Positions 17,850 through 26,421 of a DNA stretch of 48,184 bases are shown in pieces; the first letter of the stretch is position 1, and the number at the start of each line of letters is the position of its first letter. The stretch comes from a virus (lineage: Duplodnaviria > Caudoviricetes). The notes beneath the pieces were generated by a model that made no database searches, was not told the DNA's origin, and saw only the letters and a program-made list of their open reading frames with translations. A program made the position numbers and the translations under genes. Location: IMG/VR virus record IMGVR_UViG_3300046055_000010, positions 1 to 48,184 of that record. The stretch is one strand, 5' to 3'.

Positions 17850-17913
17850 CCGGCGCGTCATACGGACGATAAGCAGCAAACGAACGCTGCTACCTAAGCC
17901 AGCCATGAACGAA
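17850..17913 (+). repeat. Promoter/leader repeat, copy 2
   Basis: Near-identical to 16083-16143; CTTATG at 17842-17847. Confidence 0.85.
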
Positions 17914-20112
17914 GACAGCGAACCACTACGGCGGTTGCTACAGTCGCTAACGCGCACCTACAACAAGAGAAGGGCCATACCGGTCGAACTCGGTACGGAC
18001 GGCTCATACATCCAGCCCGTTGATCCGGGCATAATCGAGCGCCCCAATAAACCACCGGTAGACGACGCTGAAATAACGATTGGCGTCAACATCAAAGAGG
18101 TGTTCGGCCGCAACCTTTCGGACGCGAATCAGCTTCGTATCCTAACCGATACGCTTTCGCACGAAGTCGAACACTACCGACAGACGGACCTGAGCGATAA
18201 AGCCCGCTTCGCCCGCTTATACCCCGGAAATACGGAACTGGCGGGCGTCGTGTTTAATATCGTCGAAGATGCGTATATCGACTTCAAACGCGGGAAGCGC
18301 TACGCCGGGCTTCGTCGCTCGCAAGCGTTCGCCGCGAAGACCATCATGAGTAACGGCCATAGGCGGCCGCCGCTCACCTCGAAAGCCAACGACGCTGAGC
18401 AAATCGTTGAAGGCTTCTTGCAAATATCGTTCGCCGGCTACGCGAAGGACGTAACCGACGAATCGGTGAGCGACGACGTTCGGGTTGCACTCGCGGAACT
18501 CCGTCGGCTGCTGAAAGAGGTCCGTCATACAGACGACGCGACCGAGCGCTACGGCTACGCGCATGACGCGATGAAGATAATCCTCGATTCGGTAGACCTC
18601 CCGAGCGATTCGGAACTGCTGGATGAAATCGACACGAAGCCAGCGGAGGAAGGCGACCCCGAAGACGGCGATCCTGTCCCCGTGTCGTACAAAGACCCGA
18701 AAGCGTGCGTAGACGAAAACGGCGATTCGACCAAGGACTTCGAGGAATACGACCGGTCCGACGACGCGGACGGCGACGAGAACGATGCTCAGGCGGACGC
18801 TGGTAGCGAAGCGGGCGACGGCGACGAAGCGGACGGACAGCCGGACGCCGAGAACGGCCTGAGCGACGATACGAGCGACGACGCCGACAGCGAAGGGGAT
18901 ACCACTGCCGACGGCGACGCGGAGAACTCCATAGGCGAGAACGCCGAGAACGAAGGCAACAGCAGCGACGACGCGGACGCGGATGGGGACGGCGGCCAAG
19001 ACGATACCGAACCCGCCGGCAGGACTTCCGAAGGCTTCCACGATCAAAGCGAAGCCGATCAACCCGGCGACTTTACCGACGAACAGGCCGCCGAACTCGG
19101 TGAAATGGAGCGCGCGGACGAAGACGACGATTACGGCGACTGGTACGACGCGAACGACGGCTACGAAACTCCCAGCGAGGAAACTCAGCGCCGCGTTCAG
19201 CGCCTACGCGAACAGGAACGCGCCGAACAGACCGACATGGCTCAGCGGCTCAAAAAGCGCGACGAAAGGATGAACGCGCCCGAAGGCGACCACCACGAAG
19301 ACGTGGAAAGCTATCTCCGCGAACGCGACTTAGACGAAGAACTCGCCGAAGCCTTCCGGAAGCTAACGAGTATGCCGCGCGACAGTCCCGACCGGCGGGG
19401 AAATCGCATGAACATGGCCGGCGTGAACCGCCACATGAGCGGCGATTACTCGCACAAGGACGTTTACTTGAACCGCGAGATTCAGACGTTCGGGGACCTC
19501 TGTATCGGCGTTTGCATCGATATGAGCACTTCGATGGACGAAACGAAGGCGAAGGCAGCCTTGCTTGCGCTGTCGATTGCGACCGATATAACCGGCGACG
19601 AACTGGTTGCGTCCGCGTACAGCACGGCCTACAACGGCCAATGGTACTCGCGGCTGATTAGCGCCCCGAACGAATCGTTCCGGCCTGAAATGCTGGATTC
19701 GATCGTTTCGACCGGCGGAACGCCGACGGGCTACGGTATCGTTCGGACGCTGCAACTCATGGAGCGCTCGGAGAAACGCGAGAAGCTGCTAATCGTAATC
19801 ACCGACGGGGCGACGCGGAAGGCGCTTCCCAGCAGGGAATACCCCGGCGACAACAAGTTTGAACAGGTGAACAACGTCGTTCAAGGAGCGCGCGCGGACG
19901 GAACGCGCGTCATCGGCATGGGTGTCGGCAGTGTCTCAAGCGGGAAGATGAAACAGCAGTTCGGGACAGGGAGGGACGCGCCCGCGATGAACGGCGACGG
20001 CGGAGAAGTCGCGCCCGACGGCTACGTGAACGCCGGCATGTCTGACATGGCAGAACTGCTGGTCAAGATGTATCGTGAGCAAATCGACCGTCAGACCGAC
20101 CGCGTGTATTAG
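17905..20112 (+). CDS. vWA-domain protein (CobT/NorD-like partner of the AAA ATPase)
   Basis: HEVEH and FNIVEDAYID in the N-terminal part, acidic linker, MIDAS DMSTS, GGTPTG, VITDG; start reassigned to 17905. Confidence 0.88.
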   Translation: MNEDSEPLRRLLQSLTRTYNKRRAIPVELGTDGSYIQPVDPGIIERPNKPPVDDAEITIGVNIKEVFGRNLSDANQLRILTDTLSHEVEHYRQTDLSDKARFARLYPGNTELAGVVFNIVEDAYIDFKRGKRYAGLRRSQAFAAKTIMSNGHRRPPLTSKANDAEQIVEGFLQISFAGYAKDVTDESVSDDVRVALAELRRLLKEVRHTDDATERYGYAHDAMKIILDSVDLPSDSELLDEIDTKPAEEGDPEDGDPVPVSYKDPKACVDENGDSTKDFEEYDRSDDADGDENDAQADAGSEAGDGDEADGQPDAENGLSDDTSDDADSEGDTTADGDAENSIGENAENEGNSSDDADADGDGGQDDTEPAGRTSEGFHDQSEADQPGDFTDEQAAELGEMERADEDDDYGDWYDANDGYETPSEETQRRVQRLREQERAEQTDMAQRLKKRDERMNAPEGDHHEDVESYLRERDLDEELAEAFRKLTSMPRDSPDRRGNRMNMAGVNRHMSGDYSHKDVYLNREIQTFGDLCIGVCIDMSTSMDETKAKAALLALSIATDITGDELVASAYSTAYNGQWYSRLISAPNESFRPEMLDSIVSTGGTPTGYGIVRTLQLMERSEKREKLLIVITDGATRKALPSREYPGDNKFEQVNNVVQGARADGTRVIGMGVGSVSSGKMKQQFGTGRDAPAMNGDGGEVAPDGYVNAGMSDMAELLVKMYREQIDRQTDRVY

Positions 20113-20339
20113 CTGATTCGTCGCTTCCGTCGTCGCTTTCGTCGCTTTCATCGGTATCCTTGGTATCGCCCGACGGGAGCCTTTTTTGCTATACAGCAAT
20201 GGCCGTTTGGCTATAGCCCAATGGGTTCGTCGTACCAAATCTAAACGAATAGATTTATGTAACACTGGTCCGTATGACGGACCGATACGGGCGAAGCGCT
20301 GGCGAAGCGAAAGCGGAACGGACCCCGTATCAGAACGCT

Positions 20340-20558
20340 ATGGTATCCGATCGAACACGGACCGAAGCCACGTTAGGCGAGTACGAGGGTAGCGCCGCTG
20401 CCGCCGACGCCGCCGAAGCCGACCAGTCCGACGCGGACGAATCCGGCGAGGAAGGCGACGCGGCCGGCAGCGACGTAGACCCGATTATCGTAGCGAATCC
20501 TAACGGCGGCGCTGAAATCCTCGGTCCAAACGACACGCCGGAGGGTAGCACCGAATGA
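20340..20558 (+). CDS. Small acidic protein
   Basis: Acidic; TTTATG and operator 20267-20283 upstream; start uncertain. Confidence 0.55.
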   Translation: MVSDRTRTEATLGEYEGSAAAADAAEADQSDADESGEEGDAAGSDVDPIIVANPNGGAEILGPNDTPEGSTE

Positions 20559-20752
20559 CTGAACAGCAAACCAGTACCGCGAACGCTTCGTCATGGTCGC
20601 GGCGGGATGCGACCGCGATGGTCGTCTACGTTCTCGCCGTTTCGATCGTGACGGCGTTCGTCTTGGACGGAGAAGTTTCGACCGTGCGGCTGATAGTCGG
20701 CGCGGCGGCGGCCGTCGTCGCGCTCGCAACAGCGGTAATCGTAGTGAGATAA
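20555..20752 (+). CDS. Small membrane protein (2 TM)
   Basis: Two hydrophobic helices; ATGA overlap. Confidence 0.65.
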   Translation: MTEQQTSTANASSWSRRDATAMVVYVLAVSIVTAFVLDGEVSTVRLIVGAAAAVVALATAVIVVR

Positions 20753-20755
20753 GCC

Positions 20756-22084
20756 ATGAACGCGCAACTAACCCGCCCCTTCGTGGGGATCGATACGAAC
20801 AGTAGCACCGACCCCGAGAACATGCCCGACCCGTTCCGCGACGCGCTGAAAATGATGGACGGGGGACAGACGAAGCGCGCGACGACGCTCCGGGACGTAA
20901 TCCGTGCGCTGCCGAAGGCGACGGCTACCCCGGTTTTCTACTGGGACGAAGACCGTGGCGATTACGTCGAAATCGAGCGGAACGCCGCTGTCGTCAACCC
21001 TGCATGGCTTGGCGACGGGCTGGATGACAGCCCGCAAGCGTCCGCCGCGTGGAACGTCCCGACGCGCTCGTATGACGTGGTTACGCCGACCGAAGCGTTC
21101 GGCCCGTTGCTCGCTACTGCTCGGCAAAAGCTGAACGAACGCGAAGACGCCGGGAAATACGAATCTCCCGACGTGTTCGGCATGGCCCGCGAATACAAGA
21201 ACGGTGGGGAAGTGCATATAGACGTGTTCTTCCCGTCCTATTCGGTCGCAATGCCCGACGACGCGGACGCGGACGGGGACGGCGGCGCTTCGGATACGTC
21301 GTTTTGCATGGGTATCACGACGGGAAAGGACTATTTCAGAAATCAAACCCTGTACGCCACGCCCATCGCCTTCGACATGGATACGGGCGCGACCATGCGT
21401 CATTTGGACGAAGCGCGCCGCCGTCGGCATAGAAAGAGCGCCGACGAAGAATCCGGCGATAGCGCCAGCGAAACGGCCATCTGGTACAGTGAGATAATCG
21501 ACAGTCTCGATACGGTTTCCGAAACGCTGTTCCGGGTTATCAGCGAGGCTCAGCAGTACAAAATACCGTTCGGGGACCTGCCGTACTCGCCTATCGAGTT
21601 TTACGAGGCGAACGGTATCCCGAACTCCGTCGCCAGCGACGCGGTGGACAGCGACCGTCTGCCGTCCGGCAGACGGTCAACCGCGAACGCTACGCTGTCG
21701 GCATGGGAACTGTACCGCGCGCTGTCGGTAACGCTCGCAGACGGCTTTACCAGCAAGACCGACGGTCAAGCGATTCGCGGCCATGTTGCGACCGCGAATG
21801 AAATCCTGAGCACGCCGGGAGTCGCCGAGAACAACGCGCTGGATGCGGCGCGCGCCGGTCTTGCTGAGCAATCGCGCTTGGAAGCGAAGGAAACGCGCGA
21901 AACGCTGAACAATCGGCGCGAAACGACGCGCGAAGCCGTCGAAGAATACGGCTCGATTCAGAACCGTCTACGATCGATGTTTCAGGAAGCCAGCGAGAAC
22001 GCCGACGACGGCGAAGAAACCGACGAATCGAGCAGCGACGAATCCGGCGACGAGAACGGCAGCGGTAACGAGGTGATTGCATGA
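20756..22084 (+). CDS. Hypothetical protein (442 aa), possibly DUF932-like
   Basis: Long acidic ORF; family call is only a loose resemblance. Confidence 0.7.
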   Translation: MNAQLTRPFVGIDTNSSTDPENMPDPFRDALKMMDGGQTKRATTLRDVIRALPKATATPVFYWDEDRGDYVEIERNAAVVNPAWLGDGLDDSPQASAAWNVPTRSYDVVTPTEAFGPLLATARQKLNEREDAGKYESPDVFGMAREYKNGGEVHIDVFFPSYSVAMPDDADADGDGGASDTSFCMGITTGKDYFRNQTLYATPIAFDMDTGATMRHLDEARRRRHRKSADEESGDSASETAIWYSEIIDSLDTVSETLFRVISEAQQYKIPFGDLPYSPIEFYEANGIPNSVASDAVDSDRLPSGRRSTANATLSAWELYRALSVTLADGFTSKTDGQAIRGHVATANEILSTPGVAENNALDAARAGLAEQSRLEAKETRETLNNRRETTREAVEEYGSIQNRLRSMFQEASENADDGEETDESSSDESGDENGSGNEVIA

Positions 22085-22248
22085 ATCCCGACCGCGACGC
22101 GCCCGACGACGCGGACGAACAGTATGGCTTTTGCGAAGGTTGTAACGAAGGCCGCACGGCGTACTACCTTGTCCGCGACCGCGCGAACGGGGTACAGGTT
22201 CAGCTTTGCGGGCCATGCCTCGCAACGGTCAATGGTGATAAGAAATGA
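22081..22248 (+). CDS. 55-aa zinc-finger microprotein (not in ORF track)
   Basis: MNPDRDAPDDADEQYGFCEGCNEG...LCGPCL; ATGA overlaps at both ends. Confidence 0.7.
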   Translation: MNPDRDAPDDADEQYGFCEGCNEGRTAYYLVRDRANGVQVQLCGPCLATVNGDKK

Positions 22249-22427
22249 GCACCGATCGGAAGCCGGACGCGACCGAGCAGCTTGAACAGGAACCCGACCC
22301 CTCGGTTACGCTGCCGACCTGCCGCGGGTGCGGGCGTGGCTTCTTAATCGAGGATCAACGAGCGAGCCACGAACCAAGGTGCGACGAATACGATGCGAAC
22401 GCGGATGCGAACGAGGGAAGCCAATGA
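22245..22427 (+). CDS. Small Cys/His protein
   Basis: CRGCG...HEPRC; ATGA overlaps. Confidence 0.7.
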   Translation: MSTDRKPDATEQLEQEPDPSVTLPTCRGCGRGFLIEDQRASHEPRCDEYDANADANEGSQ

Positions 22428-23965
22428 AAGGAAAAATCGACGGTACGGACGGAGAAACGTGCGCCCGTTGCGGTTCCGGGGTTTCGACGGGACCGTATGA
22501 GGTCGTGACAGGTGAAATCGAGCGCGAAGGTCTGAGCGAAGGCGGCGTTCAGATTGCCGAACCCGCGGGCGAAGCGTTTAGCCTTTGCGCGGACTGTTCG
22601 CGGGACTTCCGCGGCTGGTTAGACGAGAAGGGGCCGTCGTACATCCCGAAAGCGCTCGCTGATATGATACCTGCAATGGCGTCGTCGCCGAGCACGGGAG
22701 CGAAGCGCATGGCAGCGACGCTAAAGTACGCCGAAAAGGTGGAGCGACCGCTTACCCCCGACGAAGTGGACGCTATCGCCGAGCGCTTCGACGGCGACGA
22801 CGAAGACGAACCCACCGACGTAGACGGCGAACCGTTCGCCCCGGACGATATGGAGGGGTTGATCGACGGCGACGCCGAGAACCTTCGAGCGGACGGCGAG
22901 GAAGTTGCGAAAGGGTTCTTCGATGAAATGCGGGAAGTCATGATGGGAAGCGGCGGTACTCCGGACGAGTTAATCAGGGACGAAGACGACGAAAACGACC
23001 CCGAAGGCTTCGCGGGCGGCGTGGGTATGGACGTTCCCGAACCCGACGACGGCGACGGTTCGGGCGACGACTCAGCCCCACGCGCGGGCGCGCACGACAC
23101 CGACGACGAAACCGACGTAGCCAAGCGCGACGAACCGCCGGGCAATCAATCGAGTATCGAACTGAGCTTTATCGACCAGCCCGACGAAGCCGACGGCGAC
23201 GAGAACGGCGCTCAGACGGACGCTGATACCGACGAAAAGCCGAACCCCGAAGCTATCCCGTCCGACGGGAGCGAACAGGACGAACGCGACGCTAACGACA
23301 GTGACGACGTTCATCCGGCAATCGAGCGCCTGCCTTCCGAACCGCTGGATAAAACGGAGTTCAGCAGGACTCCGAATATGTCCCTCGCCGACGAACTCCC
23401 CGCGGATACGAAGCTGTTCAAGTTTCTGGAATGGCTTGCGCGCCAGCCCTACGCCGAGCACTACACCGCGACCGACGTAGCCGAGCGCACGCCGCTTACC
23501 GACCGGCTGGCGACGTATCGCATGTGGTCGGGAGGGTCTGCCTACCGGAAGGGACTCATGACGCGCCGTGACGCGCCCGACGACGCCGACGAACGGTGGG
23601 CCGGGGCTATCTCCGTCGAAGGGCGCGTTCGCGTGAACGAGGCGATCGAATCCATGAGCGAAGACGAACGTAATGCGTTCGTCCCGCTCGAATTGTCGGA
23701 CGAACACGGCGGCGAAGACGAAGCGCCGGACGGCGTGCTGAACGAACTAACCGCTGTCCCACGTATCTCAGCGCACAAGGCTCACATGCTTTACGACGCT
23801 GGTATCCGTTCGATAGAAGACCTACGCGACGCAACTCAGGACGAACTCGCCGATATTAAGGGCCTGAACCCGGCGCTCGCTGCCGCGGTAAAGTCCGAAG
23901 TCGGGAAGTCCCGAGAGGAACCGACCGACGTAGCGGGCGAGTTCTACGACGGGAGCGAAGCATGA
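22424..23965 (+). CDS. Multidomain protein: N-terminal zinc finger, acidic linker, C-terminal helix-hairpin-helix
   Basis: CARCG...CADC; LTAVPRISAHKAHMLYDAGIRSIEDL...LADIKGLNPALA; start reassigned to 22424. Confidence 0.8.
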   Translation: MKGKIDGTDGETCARCGSGVSTGPYEVVTGEIEREGLSEGGVQIAEPAGEAFSLCADCSRDFRGWLDEKGPSYIPKALADMIPAMASSPSTGAKRMAATLKYAEKVERPLTPDEVDAIAERFDGDDEDEPTDVDGEPFAPDDMEGLIDGDAENLRADGEEVAKGFFDEMREVMMGSGGTPDELIRDEDDENDPEGFAGGVGMDVPEPDDGDGSGDDSAPRAGAHDTDDETDVAKRDEPPGNQSSIELSFIDQPDEADGDENGAQTDADTDEKPNPEAIPSDGSEQDERDANDSDDVHPAIERLPSEPLDKTEFSRTPNMSLADELPADTKLFKFLEWLARQPYAEHYTATDVAERTPLTDRLATYRMWSGGSAYRKGLMTRRDAPDDADERWAGAISVEGRVRVNEAIESMSEDERNAFVPLELSDEHGGEDEAPDGVLNELTAVPRISAHKAHMLYDAGIRSIEDLRDATQDELADIKGLNPALAAAVKSEVGKSREEPTDVAGEFYDGSEA

Positions 23966-24084
23966 CCCGCATATCCCTCTATTGCCCGACCTGCGAGAAA
24001 ACGCTGGTTGACGAAAACCTCGATGAAGCGATGAAGACGGGGGATTGCCCGGATTGCGGAACGGGAGTTGATGTGCAAACATGA
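23962..24084 (+). CDS. 40-aa CPxCG-type zinc-finger microprotein (not in ORF track)
   Basis: MTRISLYCPTCEK...CPDCGTGVDVQT; ATGA overlaps. Confidence 0.7.
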   Translation: MTRISLYCPTCEKTLVDENLDEAMKTGDCPDCGTGVDVQT

Positions 24085-24218
24085 CGAACTGGAAGGCGGT
24101 TAGTTTCGCCGGCCAATGCGAGTGCGGTAGTGGCGAAGACGTGATTAAATACGAAAACGTCGAAACCGGCGAGGTTCGACGGCTATGCAATCCTTGCGAA
24201 CAGGGGCGTGGAGCATGA
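24081..24218 (+). CDS. 45-aa Cys-rich microprotein (not in ORF track)
   Basis: MTNWKAVSFAGQCECG...LCNPCE; ATGA overlaps. Confidence 0.65.
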   Translation: MTNWKAVSFAGQCECGSGEDVIKYENVETGEVRRLCNPCEQGRGA

Positions 24219-24637
24219 GAGACGAGTTCGGCCGGGAAACGAACCGGTTGTGCAAAGGCGTTCAGCCCGTCTTCATGCTGGCGTTCACTGAGATAATCAA
24301 ATCGCTACCCCCGTCGGTCGGGGTCGAATCGATTACCTTAGAACACGAAGCTGAATATATCGTTCGGGCTGAATTAGACGTAGTTATCAACGATTACGAG
24401 GGTCGGGAGGCGATCGAACGGCTCGCTGAATCGCATGACCTCTATCAGCCCCCGTCTGACGCTACCGTTCCGGCCCATTGCGTCTTGGGGAAGATATACA
24501 TTCGCTACGATGAAGCCGAACACATCGTGGAAAACGGCGTTGCTGAAAGGGTCCCCGACAGCGATGGTAGCGACGCTCAGGCAGACGAAGAAGTCGCGGC
24601 CGAAGAACTCGCCGATTGGGTCGAAGACGACGGTTAA
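24215..24637 (+). CDS. Hypothetical protein
   Basis: Acidic; GGAG before ATG at 24215. Confidence 0.7.
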   Translation: MRDEFGRETNRLCKGVQPVFMLAFTEIIKSLPPSVGVESITLEHEAEYIVRAELDVVINDYEGREAIERLAESHDLYQPPSDATVPAHCVLGKIYIRYDEAEHIVENGVAERVPDSDGSDAQADEEVAAEELADWVEDDG

Positions 24638-24725
24638 CGCGAAGCTTCGCGCGAACTTCGCGCCTTTTTGCGGACAAGACGCGAAACCATAGCGATAGCG
24701 CCGGGGAAACCTTCGAACTCGCCGG

Positions 24726-24762
24726 CCCGAATTAGGAGCGGCTACGCCGCTCCTAATTCGGG
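24726..24762. repeat. Perfect 17-bp-arm palindrome
   Basis: CCCGAATTAGGAGCGGC-TAC-GCCGCTCCTAATTCGGG. Confidence 0.9.
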
Positions 24763-24835
24763 TTCGTCGCTATCGGAGTCCGTCGGGCTGGGTACTGCCG
24801 GTATCTATTTACCGAATCGGTCCGTATGACGGACC

Positions 24836-25123
24836 ATGTTCACGACCGAACCGACCGACCCGTACCAGTCGCATTACTACCGCGACGACGCCGTAGAAAG
24901 CGAGAACGGCGGCGAAGGACGGGCTGATAGTCCTGTCGAATCGCTATGCGGCCGAACGTCGTCGGGGCCGTTCGTGGAGGTTCACGAACCAGTCGGCGAT
25001 ACCCCTCAAGACGCCGATGACGCTGGCGTTTGCGGGACGTGCGCCTACATCTGGCGTGGATTGGGCGACGACGCCGAAGACGAAACCGATACCGCCAAAG
25101 CAAGCGGGGCTAACCGGCTGTGA
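24836..25123 (+). CDS. Hypothetical Cys/His protein
   Basis: H...LCG...CGTC; operator 24819-24835 directly before ATG. Confidence 0.7.
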   Translation: MFTTEPTDPYQSHYYRDDAVESENGGEGRADSPVESLCGRTSSGPFVEVHEPVGDTPQDADDAGVCGTCAYIWRGLGDDAEDETDTAKASGANRL

Positions 25124-25422
25124 GCTATTACGTCCCGGACGACGCGAACGGTGCGGACGGCGAAGACGGACGGAATAGCGAATTTGAACTATACGAAGAT
25201 AGCGGCGGCGAATGGCGCTGGCGATTGGTCGCGGGGAACGGTGAGATAATCGCCGATAGCGGCGAGGGCTATGCGTCCAAATACGGTGCTCGAAACGCCG
25301 CGCGATCGATCAAAGAAAAGGCTCCTTCCGCGCCGCTGGTCATCCTATCCGACGACGGTGTGAGCGACGACGGCGAGGCGGACGAACAGCAGGACGCCGA
25401 GAACAGCGAAGGCGACGAGTAA
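25120..25422 (+). CDS. YegP/DUF1508-family protein
   Basis: FELYEDSGGEWRWRLVAGNGEIIADSGEGYASK signature. Confidence 0.85.
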   Translation: MSYYVPDDANGADGEDGRNSEFELYEDSGGEWRWRLVAGNGEIIADSGEGYASKYGARNAARSIKEKAPSAPLVILSDDGVSDDGEADEQQDAENSEGDE

Positions 25423-25424
25423 CT

Positions 25425-25682
25425 ATGAACTCAGTCAAATACGCTATCGAACTCGCCGGATGGTTGATTTTCGTCCTGTCTATCGGGGCGGGTCTGCTTG
25501 CGTTCGTCCGCATGATTGGATTGCCCGATATTCTGGCGTTTGCGTTCGCCGGACTGCTCCTATCGGTCGTTCTCGTCGGCATGGGTTCGCGGGAGGAAGA
25601 CGACGGGAGCGGAGAAAGCGAGAACGAAGACGACGCGGACAAGGTTGATACTGATTGGGCGAGAGAAGATACCGATGGATGA
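25425..25682 (+). CDS. Small membrane protein (2 TM)
   Basis: Two hydrophobic helices and an acidic tail. Confidence 0.7.
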   Translation: MNSVKYAIELAGWLIFVLSIGAGLLAFVRMIGLPDILAFAFAGLLLSVVLVGMGSREEDDGSGESENEDDADKVDTDWAREDTDG

Positions 25683-26016
25683 AGGCAGTTTTATCGCCGA
25701 GGCAATCCGGAAGAAGTTGAACGACGATGAAGACCAATCGGATGAATATGCGGGCTCAGACGACGCTCGTGCGCCGCCGAACGATTGGGGCGACGTGTCC
25801 CCCTCTACGGGCGACGAAACCGAGCCAGCGTCCGCACGCGGCCTGAGCGATATGCTGGTTGTCTTCGGCCGGGCGGCGCTGGTTCTCGGCGTCGCGGTCG
25901 TCGGCTACGATGTGTTCGTTTCGCTCCTACAAACCGCGCCGGTCGTCGCCGCCGGCTACGTCATGATAGTGTTGGGCTTCGGTGCGGTTCGGATCGGGCG
26001 GCGGATCGGGGTTTGA
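25675..26016 (+). CDS. Membrane protein (2 C-terminal TM)
   Basis: Start reassigned to MDEGSF; hydrophobic C-terminus. Confidence 0.65.
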   Translation: MDEGSFIAEAIRKKLNDDEDQSDEYAGSDDARAPPNDWGDVSPSTGDETEPASARGLSDMLVVFGRAALVLGVAVVGYDVFVSLLQTAPVVAAGYVMIVLGFGAVRIGRRIGV

Positions 26017-26071
26017 GTCTCGGTGGGTCTTTTATCGAAAGCTCTTTGGCCGCCGCTATTGATTAGACAAT

Positions 26072-26407
26072 ATGGCATTAGAACCGGTGGGTTCCTCCGG
26101 AGGGGTGGCCGATCTGAACGTGGATATGTATGGAGATCATGACACAAATGGTCCGAATGGCACTTTTAGCGAAAGCGGTTCCGGTGTTATAAAGAAAATC
26201 GGACACACGCCAACAGACGATAGATTTGTCGAAAGTTTCCGTTTAGACGTAGATGGTTCACAATATATGAACGAAACTGAATTCCAGAGTGTCGGTACAA
26301 GTTTCCGTGGCCCTATCAAATATAACTCGTCCTTTACGATGGATTATGCAGACACTAGTAGAAATGCCGGGTTTTATATTATATTCGCGCCCGACAGGCT
26401 GAACTGA
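26072..26407 (+). CDS. Hypothetical protein, AT-rich gene
   Basis: Own TTTTAT box; visibly lower GC; convergent with the tail module. Confidence 0.65.
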   Translation: MALEPVGSSGGVADLNVDMYGDHDTNGPNGTFSESGSGVIKKIGHTPTDDRFVESFRLDVDGSQYMNETEFQSVGTSFRGPIKYNSSFTMDYADTSRNAGFYIIFAPDRLN

Positions 26408-26421
26408 CTCGTTGCCCGATT

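Noticed and set aside
26017-26421. 26072-26407 as an invertible tail-fibre tip segment
   Set aside because: No flanking inverted repeats found, and the gene has its own TATA-like box.
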